A DNA stretch of 64,000 nucleotides from Macrostomum lignano (taxonomy: Eukaryota): contig NIVC01003581.1 of the NCBI GenBank assembly GCA_002269645.1, forward strand, positions 1-64,000, read 5' to 3'. Position 1 is the stretch's first letter. Every line of letters starts with the position of its first letter. Below are positions 33,854 through 47,000 of this stretch, piece after piece. Position numbers and translations under genes: made by a program. The notes below the pieces were generated by a model that searched no databases, was not told where the DNA came from, and saw nothing but the letters and a program-made list of their open reading frames with translations.

Positions 33854-36625
33854 CAGGGGTCCCCAACCTTCTATGGGCGGCGGGCCGCATTGACAACTGG
33901 CTTGGTGTGTGCGGGCCGCATGCTAATACACAAAACATGAAATACACAAAACCAAGCAAAAATGTCCATTTCCAAATGTCAAACAAAATCAATGAGATGG
34001 CTGGTGCTCCTTATCCTTCGACAGCAGTTCAACATTTGGCTTGATCGACGAAACAGCGAGCAGCAGTGCATCTTCGAGGTGGCCGTCAGTCAACTGCGCT
34101 CTAGTTTTGCTCTTGGTCAGCTTCATTCGGCTGAAGAGCTGTTCACATGCGTATGTAGAACCAAACATGGCAGCAATCTTCGTGGCGTGTAGGACGAGGC
34201 CTGGAAAGTCAGCAGGCTTGATGCCCTGGCTCCAAAATCCCATTGGGGAGGTGCAGCCGAACTTTGCTTTGAGCTCGTCAGAACAATGAAGCTCAATGAG
34301 CTCCATCTGCAGATTGGCAGGCACTTCATCAGCATCCAGGTCGAAAGGGCTGCTGAATAGCTTCAGCTCCATTGAATTCGCTCGCAACTCCGAGAAGCGG
34401 TTGGCGAACTCGTCCCTCAGGTCCGAAAGGGCGTCAGCGTACTTCTGGGCAGCTGAATTAGTCAGCTCGAAAGTTGCAAGGTTGGGAAAGTGTGTGAGCT
34501 CTCGATTCTTTATCTGTGCTTCCCACAGCCTGAGCTTGGTCTCGAATGCCTTGATCTTGTTTATCATGTCTGGCACAAGGACGCCACGGCCTTGCAGCTG
34601 GGTGTTCAGGGTGTTGAGGTGCCCAGTCAGGTCAACAAGGAAGGCGAGGTCTTGCACCCACGCTGGGTCAGTGAACTCCTGGACAGCAGCTCCCTTTGAA
34701 TCCAAGAAGTCGGCTAGCTCCTCCCTCAGATCGAAGACTCTTTGCAGCATCTTCCCGCGGCTGAGCCAGCGCACCTCACAGTAATAGAGAAGGTCCCCAT
34801 ACTGTGCTTTGGCCTCTGACAGCAAGTCCCGGAACTGGCGGTGATTCAGGGCCCGAGCTAGCACAAAATTCACCGCCTTCACCACGACGCCCATAACGGA
34901 CGTTATGGTGGTCGACTTTGCACAGAGGACTTCTTGGTGTACGATGCAGTGGATGCGCATGATGTCCTGCATATGTCCCTGGTCCCGGCAGTGCTTTACC
35001 AGGAGGGAAGCAAAGCCCTTGGTTGGCCCAACCATGGCAGGTGCACCGTCAGTGGTAATGGCACACAGGCGTGATAGATCCAGCTCGAATTCCTGCACCA
35101 ACTTTAGCACGCACTGCAGGATGTCGGCACCAGTGGTGGTTCCTTGCATCGGCATCAGCCGGACGAATTCTTCCACTACGTCAAAGGTGTCCGTGACGCC
35201 ACGAAAGAAGATGGCGAGCTGAGCTGTGTCCTTGACGTCGGTAGACTCGTCGAGGGCAATGGAGAAGAAACGTGCACTGTGGCAGCGCTGCTTAAGCGTT
35301 GAACGAATGTCGATTGCCATCTCTTCAATGCGGCGAGTGATGGTGGAAGCAGAGAGGCTGATGTTGGTGAAGAGATCCTTTTTTTCTGGGCAGACTTCCT
35401 CTACAGCGGCCATCATGCACTCCTTTACAAATGCCCCGTCGGTGAAGGGCTTTAGCTGGGTCGCTACCAGGTGGGCAACTCGGTAGCTGGCGCGCGTGTT
35501 GCGGATTGCGGCAGATTGAGCCAGATTCACAGGCTTTTTAAAGAGGGCATTCTGCCGGTCCAAGTTGGCTGCCAAGCGAGTGAACTCAGTCTTGCGCTTG
35601 TCCTCCGGCATGTCCACAAACTTGGCATGGTTCGTGGTGAAGTGCCGCTTCACATTGAACTCCTTGCATACGGCGATCGTCTCCTGGCAGATGACACACA
35701 GCGGCTTCCCCTTGCGCTCCACGAAAAAGAACTGACACCAGTCGGCATTAAAGGAGCGCTTCTCCTCCGCGATCTTCCTCTTTTTTGCAGCGTGTGCCAT
35801 CTGGAACTATAGAGTTACTGAGTTATAGAGTTACTCCTTGCTACTGGTCCACCATTTTAAGGAACTCTACTGGCATTTAAGGGCCAATAAACAATGTACA
35901 CCCATGAAAAAGGGTGTAGAAGAAAAATCGATAAGTTTCTATTGGTTACAAGAACTATGGGCTGGACTAGAGACGAAATGCCACCCCCAGCGAGGCTTTG
36001 GGCCGCAGACCCGTCAGGCCGTTTCATTGTACAGTGAGAAAGAAGCAGCCAATAAACTGCTAGCGAGAATATACTAGTGCGGGGGGAGGGAAAGTGGGGG
36101 GTTGTGTTGTGCGTCACTCCCCCTTCCCCCACGCATGCGTAGCCAGATATGGAGAGAGAGGTTTGAAGCGGTGAGGGGTTGAATCAGCGGAGGTTGAATC
36201 AGCGCACTGTGGGGGAGAGAAAATATCGACTGAACTAAACTAGCTTTCATGAGAGAGAGAGAGGCAGTAGAGCCCTTACCCCCAACCCCCACCTCCTTTG
36301 CCTTGAACCTTATTGATATTAGCTAGCATTCCTTCCTACTTTTCACTTCAACTCTTGACTGCATGTACATTTGTGCGCTAGGAGTGGCTAAAATAGCAAT
36401 CCAAATGAATTGAAGCGTCGCTTCTAGCGGTTGGGGGGGTAAGAGATTTCTGGGCATATTTTCAATACAGCTAGGAAAACTTTAACATTTTCGGGGGCCG
36501 CAGTGAAATCCAGTGATAGACTTGGCGGGCCGCATGTAATGCAAACTACTGGAAGGTGCCGCGGGCCGCACAAAAAGGGCTTGCGGGCCGCATGCGGCCC
36601 GCGGGCCGCAGGTTGGGGACCCATG
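33854..36625 (-). mobile_element. hAT DNA transposon, Buster/SPIN (GTF2IRD2-like) group, apparently complete (2772 bp)
   Basis: 15-bp TIRs CAGGGGTCCCCAACC / GGTTGGGGACCCATG (1 mismatch), 8-bp TSD CCTTAAAC with central TA, subterminal GCGGGCCGCA repeats. Confidence 0.95.
33989..35800 (-). CDS. Intact hAT transposase (603 aa)
   Basis: CVIC..KRHFTTNH zinc finger, ALDESTD, TTDGAPAM, HCIVHQE, EVRWLSRG, STYACEQLFS dimerisation domain; no stops. Confidence 0.95.
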   Translation of the reverse strand: MAHAAKKRKIAEEKRSFNADWCQFFFVERKGKPLCVICQETIAVCKEFNVKRHFTTNHAKFVDMPEDKRKTEFTRLAANLDRQNALFKKPVNLAQSAAIRNTRASYRVAHLVATQLKPFTDGAFVKECMMAAVEEVCPEKKDLFTNISLSASTITRRIEEMAIDIRSTLKQRCHSARFFSIALDESTDVKDTAQLAIFFRGVTDTFDVVEEFVRLMPMQGTTTGADILQCVLKLVQEFELDLSRLCAITTDGAPAMVGPTKGFASLLVKHCRDQGHMQDIMRIHCIVHQEVLCAKSTTITSVMGVVVKAVNFVLARALNHRQFRDLLSEAKAQYGDLLYYCEVRWLSRGKMLQRVFDLREELADFLDSKGAAVQEFTDPAWVQDLAFLVDLTGHLNTLNTQLQGRGVLVPDMINKIKAFETKLRLWEAQIKNRELTHFPNLATFELTNSAAQKYADALSDLRDEFANRFSELRANSMELKLFSSPFDLDADEVPANLQMELIELHCSDELKAKFGCTSPMGFWSQGIKPADFPGLVLHATKIAAMFGSTYACEQLFSRMKLTKSKTRAQLTDGHLEDALLLAVSSIKPNVELLSKDKEHQPSH

Positions 36626-37555
36626 CCTTAAACCATACTATATTTTAGTTTTGAAACTATAGCTAATACCAAAAACATGCAAAACTAGGGATTGCAATCC
36701 CAAGATCCCTGGATCCTGAAATCCCAAGATTGGACCAAAATTCTGGGATTTCCAAGAACTAATTTTTGTTATTATTTTTACAAAAATTGTTATAAAATAA
36801 ACATAATTGGGCCCACAATATAGAAGTATATATGTGAAAGAGAAGGCTCGGCCCAGCTGTTCGTCAAGAAGGTTGCGTGTGGATGCCGGAGGCATGATGC
36901 TGCAGAGTTGCCGCCAAGGGGCATCAATTTACACCTGGCCCTTTTCAACGGCTTGTGTGTAGGCGTGGAACAGTGCCTGTCGTAGGCGGATGCGCACCAG
37001 TGCTGCTCTAGTCGCAGCTGCGTTGAACACTCAGAGGGTAGACGCGTCCTCCTGACTGAGCCACGGTGCCCGGTGCAGGGTAGCCTCCAAATCAGACGCG
37101 CGAAGGGCAGGGTCGCTGGTTGATGATTGATTTGAGCCGGACATGCCGTCGCAGTTGTACCCAAAGGGCAGGAGCAATTGATAAACAAATATATGTACAG
37201 GATTAATTACAAAGGGACGATGAAGGATAGCGCAGTCAAAATAATAGCCAAAGGAAAAATATGCATAGCAGAGAGACAAATTACAGTTTAAGAAAATTGG
37301 GACCAAAGTTAAAACGCTGCCTTAAATACAACAAAATTTCACCCGCTGCTGGAGAAGGTTTCCAACCACGGGGGACGACCACCACCCCGCTTGTACTCTA
37401 TGGCAGGCACACACGGAGGTGGGGTAGGTGACAAATAGTAGAGTTATAAAACGGATAGCTAACCGCGGCAGGGGGGTCCAAATTGAATGAAATCAGGGTG
37501 CCTTAAACAGCTCACATAAAAGGGTCAGCTGTTAGAAAACTGAATAAAGCATAAA

Positions 37556-38341
37556 GGCTCATTCCATATAAGATGGACATATTTGGAAAATAGAAAAAAG
37601 TCAATATTTTTGCTTGCCATTGCCTAATTAGCCTATTTTTTTACCAAATGTTTATATTGTGCAATATATACAATCTAAGAATAAAGGAATGGTAAAATGT
37701 TGGATTAGTATGTTATCAATTGGCAAAAAGTCATTTTTGTAAAAATTTGGACATTTTTCGAAGCAAAAGACATCATTAAGATTTTGTACCTTTTAAAAAC
37801 AAATAGAAAGCTTTTGAAGGTTGAAACAAACTATAGATAAAAGTATAGTACTTGCATCATCAGATAAAAGCATTGGTGACCAAATAATCTATTATATTTT
37901 TAATGTATTAGTACCTCAAAGTTACTGAATTGACAGAAAAAAATATGTTACGACCATAATGTTACGACCATAAGGCTGCCTTTTCTTTTGTATCTTTGTT
38001 GCCTTTTGAGTTTATATATTCTAATAAAAGAGTATGATTTCTAAAGATGTTCTTAGTCAAATTTTAAAAATGTATCGCAAAATATCAAAAATGAAAAATG
38101 TTATAAGACTTTTACCTTTTAGTTTCTATATGTCAAAAATCCTGTCGTTACGACCATAAGTTTCATTTAAGGTTTAATAGCATCTATACTAATGATGATA
38201 TCTATATGAAACTCTATAAATATATTCTAGACAAAATAATCTTTCATTTAAAATATTGGTTTAGTATATTCTATTATTAGATTTCATTTTATAAGTAAAA
38301 ATAACCTGTCATGTTTCGACCATGCTTATATGGAATGAGCC
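37556..38341. mobile_element. Non-autonomous TIR DNA transposon (786 bp), superfamily uncertain
   Basis: GGCTCATTCCATATAAG / CTTATATGGAATGAGCC termini, TAAA duplicated on both sides, absent at the homologous position of element B; internal TGTTACGACCATA x3. Confidence 0.8.
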
Positions 38342-38839
38342 TAAACAGTAACAACTTGAAAGGATAAAAAAAAATAAAGGAGCAATTGGCGGGCTCCTTC
38401 ATACTAAGATAAAATTTAATAGGATAGGTTAGCGACCGATATTATCATGGGGGCTCCATAAAGAGTTACAGGAACAGGGGCATGCAAAAAGGCACTGGGA
38501 AAGGGAGCCAAATTAGCAGCCCCTAAAACGTTCCCACGCTCGAACAAAACCAAACAAAGAAAAGGGGTCAAGTCCTCAAATGGCCTCCGCTGAGGACAAG
38601 GTCTGGATCCGGGGCGCTTGACCTAAACAGGGCATAGAAAGCTTGGCCCATAAACAGTGGGCTCACAAATAGCAGAGAGAGAGGGGGGGATACTTCTGCA
38701 CTTTGATAGCGTGCGGAAAAGTTTACAGTTCAAACGGATGCGCAGAATTCAACTGAAATTGCAAAATAATTTTACTGTATCGCCTTGATTAAATGTCGCA
38801 TATTGTCGTGTCGGATAAATATAATCGCATTGGTGCAAG

Positions 38840-39200
38840 CTTTTGCCAGAAAGCATAAGGATAAATGTAGAGAGCGAGAGTGCTGAATTAATGAAAATGC
38901 ATGAGGCTAGCAAAATTGAGCACTATACTGGAGCATTGAAAACTTGTACAAAATATACACTGCTTTTACCTGAAAGCATAAGGAAACGGCAAAATTTAAA
39001 CCTGCTTTTGACCCTCAAGCATAAAAAAAATACACTGAATGAAGCCTGCTTTTATCCTGAAAGCATAAGGAAACGGCAAAATTGAAACCTGCTTTTAACC
39101 CTCAAGCATAAGGAAAAATACACTGAATGAAGCCTGCTTTTATCCTGAAAGCGTAAGGAAAATGAGAATTTTCTTTTAACCCTGAAGCATAAGGAAAGTA
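38840..39200. repeat. GCATAAGG-motif array of element C (about 7 copies including variants)
   Basis: Same motif as 23025-23610 with different spacers. Confidence 0.85.
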
Positions 39201-39305
39201 TAGCAACTTAAACGGAAAACTAAAAAAATGGCTCTTAGCACAGAGCAGGGGCAGAGAAAGCTTACAGCAAAACTAAGAATTGGCACGCGCTCGCAAATTC
39301 GACTA

Positions 39306-42300
39306 CTAATAGTAATGCGCATCAAAAGTTAGCAACTTGGTGCAATAGCAAAATACCAACGAAAGCTCCATACCGATGTCAGGCAGATCCGGGTTGCCTT
39401 CGGGCAGCACTTCCGGATGGCGGAGGCTCGGCTCGAACAATTGGCTGCCGCGCAGATCAGGCTGAGCTGCAGCTGGCTGTTCTGGAGTGGACTGATCGGC
39501 TGGTTCAACTTCACTTTCATCACTCGACTCGTAGGGCAGCATTGGCCGCTCTGTCTGGCGTGGTGGCTCCTGGCGATCTGCCATCATTTGCGGCACCTTG
39601 ATGATGTTATTGCAATGTACAAGCATTTCAGCGGGGCGTCCCCGTCGGGCTGTTGAAGGCTGGATCCAGTAGGCTACTTCGCCGACCTTTCTGTTGACTT
39701 TGTACATACTTTTTTATGGTCTGTGGAACTTTGGCAGTTCGCCCAACTCGAGCTTCGGGTTGGCCAGGCAGACCAGATCTCCAGGCTGCAGTTCTACGGG
39801 CTTGGGTCAGTTCTCGTAGTATTTTTCACGGCGTTGAATCTCAGCTCGCAAGCGCTGTCGCACAATCCTCTCGGTTTCAGCCAGTCTGCGCTGATGCTTT
39901 GCGATGTACTCGGGGAGGTCTGGCGATATGTCCAGGCGGTCTAGGGTGTTATCAATTGGGTAGCGATAGGGCACTCCGTAGATGACGTAATGCGGCGAGA
40001 ATCCCGTCGTACGGTTGACAGCTGATCGCAGGGCTGTCAAAGTGGCTGGCAGTATCTTGTCCCACTGTTGATGATCTTCGAGGAGACACGTGAGCACCTT
40101 CTTGATGTTTTTGTTGCACGACTCAGCTTGACCGTTGGCCCAGGGCGAGTATGGCAGCTTCGTTGTCTGCCGGATGCCATAGACTTCGCAGAAATGTCTA
40201 AACTCGTGCCCAGTGAACTGCTTGCCTTGGTCCGAATGGATCCACGCGGGGATTCCGGTGATCCGGAAGACTTGTTCCTGCAGCAGAGTTATAATTGTCT
40301 TGGCGTGCTGATTTTTCATGGCAAAGGCGAATGGATATTTCAACGTAGTGTCGACATAGGTGAGGATGTACTTGTTGCCTTGGTCTGTTGGGTCACCAGT
40401 AGGGCCCATGTTGTCGATTGCGCATCGCCCATAGATTTCGTAGACCGGAAACAATTGTACATGCGCTGGGATGCGTCGCCGTCCTTTGCTCTGAGTGCAG
40501 GTCTGGCAGGAAGCGACATAGTCGGACACGGCCTTGGCCAGGGCCGGTCGCCAGAACCTCTCGCGCACCTTCACGATGGTGAGATCTCGGCCCATGTGTC
40601 CGCAGTAGGGTGAACCATGCAGGTCGGCGAACACTGTGGCGTTGAGGCTCTTCGGCAGGACGATCCTCGCTTTATCCTCTTCGCCAACATCGTCGAGATG
40701 GATAACTAATAGTCCATCGTCTCGGACTTCCAATTGCTCATAGAATGCTAAAAGATTTCTCTCGTCTCTCGTCAGGTTTAATCGCTGATTCAGTGGCGGC
40801 TTCGGTTGTCGACTTTCGATTAAGTTGATCAGCATCGCGATAGCAGAGTCAGCTCGCTGATGGGTCTGGAGCTCCTCGCAGGTGACTGGCCTCGGAATGC
40901 GATCTGTTAAATTCAAAGTTTGGCATCAGTTAGTCAGATTTGTCAAATTTGTCGGCGCGGCCTCGGCTGTGGTGGCATGGTTCGGGGTCTGGAGCTCCCT
41001 CCGCATGATCGCTACTCTGACCAATTGCCGGGCTGTTGAATTTGATGGCCAATCCTCGTCGATAGCTTCAGTGTCTTTGTTGTCAGCAGATAAGGGTGAG
41101 TCAGCTGAGCTGCCGGCGTCGAGGCTGAATCTCACTTTCTTGAACACAGGATGGCGAGCAGATTGGCAGCGGTCGTCGCTGGCTGCGCTGTGGTCGCTGT
41201 CCTTGTCGCCTCCAGCTAGTAGACGGCGGCTCCTTGACGGGCAACATGTCATGCTGCTAAAACTGGTGGGCAACCTCTGTGAGTCTCGAAAATGGCTGGC
41301 AGATGGCTTACGCTTCGTTGCCGGTGGGTGCAGTGCTGTCAGTGGCTTGCTGTCGGCTGTTGATGTTGCTGGCGGCGTAGCCTGACCATTGGACTCCTTT
41401 GGTTTCGTCGGCGGCCTTCGTCGGTGATGGCGGGTCGGTTGCTTTTTGCTCGGTGGAGGGCTAGGGTGGCTGCTGTCGTGGACCTTCGGCGCCGCTGCGC
41501 CAGTTATCGCGGCTGGCTGCTTACTTTGGTCCTCATCAGCTGCCTTGCGCTGAGCCTCCTCAATGCATTCGGCGTCGTCCTTGGGCCGTTGCGAGAGACC
41601 ATCGGCATTCTGATGCTGACTTGACTTTCGATGTTGAATCTCAAACTCAAATTCGCTAAGGCGCTGTAGCCATTGTCCAAAGATTCCTTCTTGCTGAGTT
41701 CGTCTTAAAATCCAGGTTAATGCGGCATGATTGGTTCGGCAGATGAACTTCTTGGCCAGCAAGTAGAAGCGGAAATGTTGCATTCCGTCTACAACTGCCA
41801 AAAGTTCCTGCTTCGTAATCGGATAACGGGCTTCGGCTGGTTTGAGTCGCCAAGAGAAATAGCCAATTGGTCGCTTGACTCCGTCAGCTTGGCATTGGCT
41901 CAGGCAGGCTCCGATTCTGGTCGCAGAAGCATCCGTGTCCAGGATAAACATAACATTAGGATCCTCGCTGAACTGCAGATACGCAAGCACTGATGTCGAA
42001 GTCAAGGCTGCTTTGAGCTAGTCAAACGCGTCTTGCTGGGCTTTTCCCCATAGACAGTTGAAATTGTGGATTTTCTTCTCTTTGATTAAATTGTGGAGTG
42101 GAGCTGCAAGTTCTGCATAGCCAGGTACAAATTTTGCATAGTAAGCACACGTGCAGACAAAACTTTTAAGTTGTCAAGCTATTCTTGGTCTTGGCCAGGT
42201 CTAAATAGCCTCAATCTTCGCCAGATTGGTCTTGATGCTGTCCTTAGTAACTACATGTCCCAGATAGTTTAGAGTCGCCCGAAATAAATGGCACTTCCTG

Positions 42301-43731
42301 CCTTTGAACTTTAGGTTGGCATCTTGAATTCGCTTAAATACTTCTTCCATATGCTGTAGATGGTCGTTAAATTTCTTAGAATAGACGATTACGTCATCCA
42401 GATAGGCTATTGCACTTTTATAGGCAATCCCGTTGAGCACAGCATTCATGAGGCGCATGAAGCTGGCCGGCGCCGAACTTAATCCCATAGGCATCACATT
42501 GTAAGCGAATTGTCCGCGTGCAGCATGGCGAAGGCTGTCAGATCTTGATCCTCTGGATGCAGTGGAATATGATAGTAGCCACTATTGAGGTCGAACGTGC
42601 TGAATAGCTGGCTTCCTTCAAGGCTAGCGAATGCTTCTTGAATGTTAGGAATCGGGTATGGAAAGTACTCAAATTTTTGGTTCAGACTCCTGAAGTATTG
42701 TACAATTCTCAGGCTGCCATCCTTCTTCGGGATGATCACCAGCGGGGTGTTGTAGCTGGAGAAGCTTGGTCTAATTACGCCTTTGGCAAGCAGATCGTCA
42801 AGTAGCTGGTCCATCTTGGGCAGCAGATGCGGCGGAATCCGCCGGGTCGGCAGATGCACAGGATCCCTGTCCTTCAATACGATGTTGTGGGTGACCAGGT
42901 GGGTTCGGCCGAGATCGTGTGGCCCCTGCAAGAAGATAGTCTTGTACTTTTTCAATAGCTCTATGACTTGAGCGCGCTGGTCATTGGACAAATCCTCGCC
43001 GATGTTGATCTCTTTGATCCAAGCATCAGGATCTTCGTCTTGAACTTGATTAACTGAGGCTTCTGGCTTCGGCAGCAGAAAGAATTGTAACTCGGGCAAT
43101 CTGATTGGTCTAGCAATCCCAACTAGGGCATTTGCTCGCACTTTGATGGAAGTAGTGCCTCGATTGATCATTTCAAAAGCGCCTTCTCCATTGGCCATAG
43201 ATATTAGGGCTGGCGCGGCGTCCAGTTGCTGCACATCTTCTTCACGCCGAGCCTTCTTCCTTCTTCCTTCTTCTTTAGTCCTTTTGCTTGTTTAATCTTG
43301 ATTCGGGCTGATGATAACGGCGGCACGGTTGTGCTCTCAGCTGTGTAGATTCTGCACGTAGTAGCTTTGGTTTGCGTATAGCGGAGTGGTGCGGCAGTGC
43401 CGTCCTTGAAGAACAGCATCCCGGTGGCGAGATCCAGTGATGTACTATACTTCTCCAGGAACTCGAAGCCCAGGATGTTGTCATGAGATTCCTTTGCTAG
43501 CAGAAACTTGACTGTAGTCTCAAAACTTCCAATTTTAACTTTGATTGATAGTTGGCCTGCCATTTGAATAGGCTCTCCATTGTAGGTCACAATGCATTGC
43601 AAGCAGGGCTCGATTTGGCCACGCAGGGTCAGGTCATCAGTACATAGTCGGTGCCCAGTGCTAAATCCTAGGACTTCGCACTTGGAGCCGGTGTCAAGCA
43701 GAAAAAGCAAAATAATGACCCTGAATTTCAC
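39306..43731 (-). pseudogene. pol: Element C pol pseudogene (PR-RT-RH-IN)
   Basis: LLDTGS, YLDD, RNase H and integrase motifs spread over ORFs 43204-43731, 42494-43234, 42201-42497, 40926-42005, 39807-40916 and 39306-39707. Confidence 0.92.
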
Positions 43732-44096
43732 CAGTTAGAACGGATTCCTTTGGGGTCACTTAGGTGCAGAGTTCTGTATAGGTGCAGTGGAGGCGGTCTC
43801 AGCAGTGGCCTGCTGAGCGACTAAAGTCCTCGGCAAGGACCTTAGTGCTGGCTCGACTGCTGGATGGCGCTGCCCCCGTTGGCACATCCCACATCCAGCC
43901 GTCCCGTTTCCCGAGCTGCCGTTGCGCTGGGGCGCGGTGCTGGCCGACCGCCAGTGCGGGCACTCATCGGTGCGGTCACTCATTGGCGCGGTGCTCGCGA
44001 TTGCACCTGTAACACATAGCGCTCTGTCGCCGCAGCTGATAGGGCGGCGGGTGTGAACCCAACTGTTGCTGCCGCTGTGGCTGCTGCTGCTGCTGT

Positions 44097-47000
44097 GTGT
44101 GTGTGTGCTGCTCAACTCATGCGCTTCCATCTTTCTTTGATCCAGTTCCAGAACCTGTAGGCGGCGTCTGGTTGGTTCCAGAGATCGCACAGGCTGGTGA
44201 TGTTGTACTCCTGCCTCCTTTTCCACATAGCCGGGCAATCCATTAAGTGCGAGTTGGATTCTTCGCCATCTCCACATAGCCTGCAGCTGTCACTGTCCTG
44301 GTTGCCAAGTCTCTTGCGGAACTGGTTCAGTTCGAGAGAGTGTCCGGTACAGAAGCGTCTGAAGCTCATTGCTTCGCTGCGGTCTGCATATTCCTTCTTC
44401 CAGTTGCTTTTGGGGCCTTTGCTGTAGGTCTCTTTGCTGCGTTGGTGGCTCCATTCCTTCACTCTGGTCAGGTCTCGGTAGATGGATCTCTTAACCAGGT
44501 TGGCAAGCACACCGGCTCCTCTAGCTGGTCTGCCGGCTGCGGCCTTGGCCGTGGTGTCGGCCTCTTCGTTCCCGCTGAGGCCACAGTGGGCCGGGACCCA
44601 GCAAATGATGAGCCGGCTGTTGGTCTCACTGGCTGCCTGCAAGTTGTTGGTGATTCTATTGGCTATCAGATTACTTCTTCTGCTGTGGAGGAGCTGGAGG
44701 CTGCTGAGGCTGTCCGTGGCAATGCAGGTGCTTTTTCCCCGGCCATGGTGACAGATCCAATCAGTGGCTGCTTGCAGCGCGTGCAGCTCAGCCTGGAGTG
44801 AGCTGCAGGGCTTGCCGGCGTCGACCTCAATACGGGTTTGTGTGTCCCAGCCGTCGATCCCTTTGGCTGTCACAACGACTCCGCCACCACCTTTACCATC
44901 TCTGCTGACTGATCCATCCGTGTAGAGGATGAGGTCTGCGTCGGCAGCGCAGCTTTGGATGATGTTCTCGGCCAGGTTCCTGTTGTCAGCTTCGCAAAGC
45001 TTGTGCCAGCCTTCCATGTGAATCGTGAATTTCCTTTCCTCCCATGGGGCCAGCGTTGCAGGTTGTTCATCCTTCTCCACCGTGATGTTGAGCAAACCAT
45101 GGTCATCAAGCAACTCTTTAGCTCGGGCTCTCCAGCCTTTTCTTTTAAGCCTCTGCTTTGGCCCTTCACCAACCAGCTCTCTTCTGATGCTACCGGGGGG
45201 CTGTCGTCTGAGGCGGTCGAATTTCTCGGCCCATCTGGCCTTGCTGCACACTTTGAGGGGCTCAAGGCCGCTTTCCATACTGAGCGTTTCAACCAGGGTT
45301 GTAGCCATGAGGCCAGTCATGATCCTTTCAGCTGAGCGCTGTATCACTTCGAGCTTGTGCCAGCTGCTTTCGCTGATCCAAGGCATCCATGCTGGAGCGC
45401 CGTACAGGATCTTGCTCTTAATAAGAGCTTCATACGTGATTTTAATTAGCTCCAGGCTCCAGCCCCAGTCACTGCCAGCCAGTTTCCTTAATATGTTAAC
45501 TTTTTTAAGGCATGCCTCTTTGATGTTGTTAACGTGCATCTCAAATTTCAGCGTTCTGTCGAAGGTGATCCCCAGGAACTTCGCGGTTGGGGCCCAGCTG
45601 ATAGTGCTGCCGTACATCGTGAAGGTGCTGTCTTCTAGGCTGGTTCTAGTGCTAGTCGTAGACAGAAGCGTGAGGGAACACTTGCTTACTGCAATCGGCA
45701 TAAGCCAGTTATTGCTCCAAGTCTCCGTGAGCTGGATGGCTTTATCCATACTCGCGCGCATCTGGTCTTGCCTGCCAGAGGTCCAGATGGCAAGGTCATC
45801 CGCAAAGCCGCTAACTTTGACCCCCTCGACTGCGCTGAGACCTTCTAGGAGGTCGTCAATGTAGACCAGGAACAGCAGCGGCGACAGGACGGAGCCTTGC
45901 GGCAGGCCTTGCTCGAGCACTTTAAGCTTGCTGTCCTTGCCATTGAAGTTGACTTTAGCTAATCTGTGACTCAGCCATGCTTGTATCCATCTGATCGAGA
46001 GCCTTCCCACTCCTTTGTTGATCAGTTTCCAGATGAGGCCGGTGCGGAGCACTTTGTCGAACGCTCGCTCGAAATCCACCAGTAGCAAAAGCGTGCAGAT
46101 TTTCTTCTGAAAGCCATCATCGGCGTCCTGCGCGAGCCTGAGCAGTTGGTCCTCCGTGGATCTGCCAGCCCTAAACCCAGCCTGGCAGTCGCTAAGGAGC
46201 CCTTTGCTCTCGAGGTGGTAACTAATTCTGTTGGTGATAACTCTTTCAAGCCATTTGCCTAGGCAGGATGTGAGGCTGATCGGCCTGTATGAGGGTATGC
46301 ATTCAGCATCTTTGCCAGGCTTCAGGAGCGGGATGATTCTAGCCGTGTGCCAGCTCTGGGGCACTTCGGCCTGCCTGTAGGAGTCGTTGAAGAGGCTAGT
46401 GATGGCAGGCAGGCTGCTGGATGGCAATTCCTTAAGGAGCCTGGGGTGGATAAGGTCTTTGCCGGCCGCTTTGTTACCATCCATGGCTTCAAGCGCACTC
46501 ACGACTTCGGACATGAGGATGGGCTGGTCCATTTCTGCTTCCGCTAAAGTTTCCATCTCACGCAGGGCAGCGTTCGCACTACTTCTAATTTTTCTTTGCT
46601 TTTTGGGAATAAAGTAGTTGCTGACACTTTGGCGTTGGCTTTGGCTCTGTCCGACAGGAAGGTCTTGCCACGATGCTGGATGGATTTCCCCACTTGGTCT
46701 TTGGCGCTCTTGCCATTGAGGCGTTTGACTACTGACCACATTTTTGCACTGCTCGCGTTGTTACTCAGGTGGTTTCGCCACTCCTCCTCCTTGCTTTTCC
46801 TAATCTCAGACTTGAGCCATTGTTCTTTTTCAGCCCATAGCTCCGGTTCAGCTGCGGCGTCGCACTTGCCAAGCTCCTCCAGGGCTTCCCTCATCTCGTC
46901 GTTGATGGAGGACTGGTTCCGGGTTGTGCGCGCAATGGTACCGACCGATGCTCTCGCAGCATTGATGATGATATCCCTGATCTTTTTCTTATTCTCCTTA

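Noticed and set aside
34041-35812. Plus-strand ORFs over the hAT gene (and similar ones over pol, gag and the LINE)
   Set aside because: Antisense shadows of GC-rich coding sequence
36660-36760. TAGGGATTGCAATCCC-type fragment, with a similar patch near 50680-50740
   Set aside because: Probably MITE remnants, but boundaries and TSD cannot be defined
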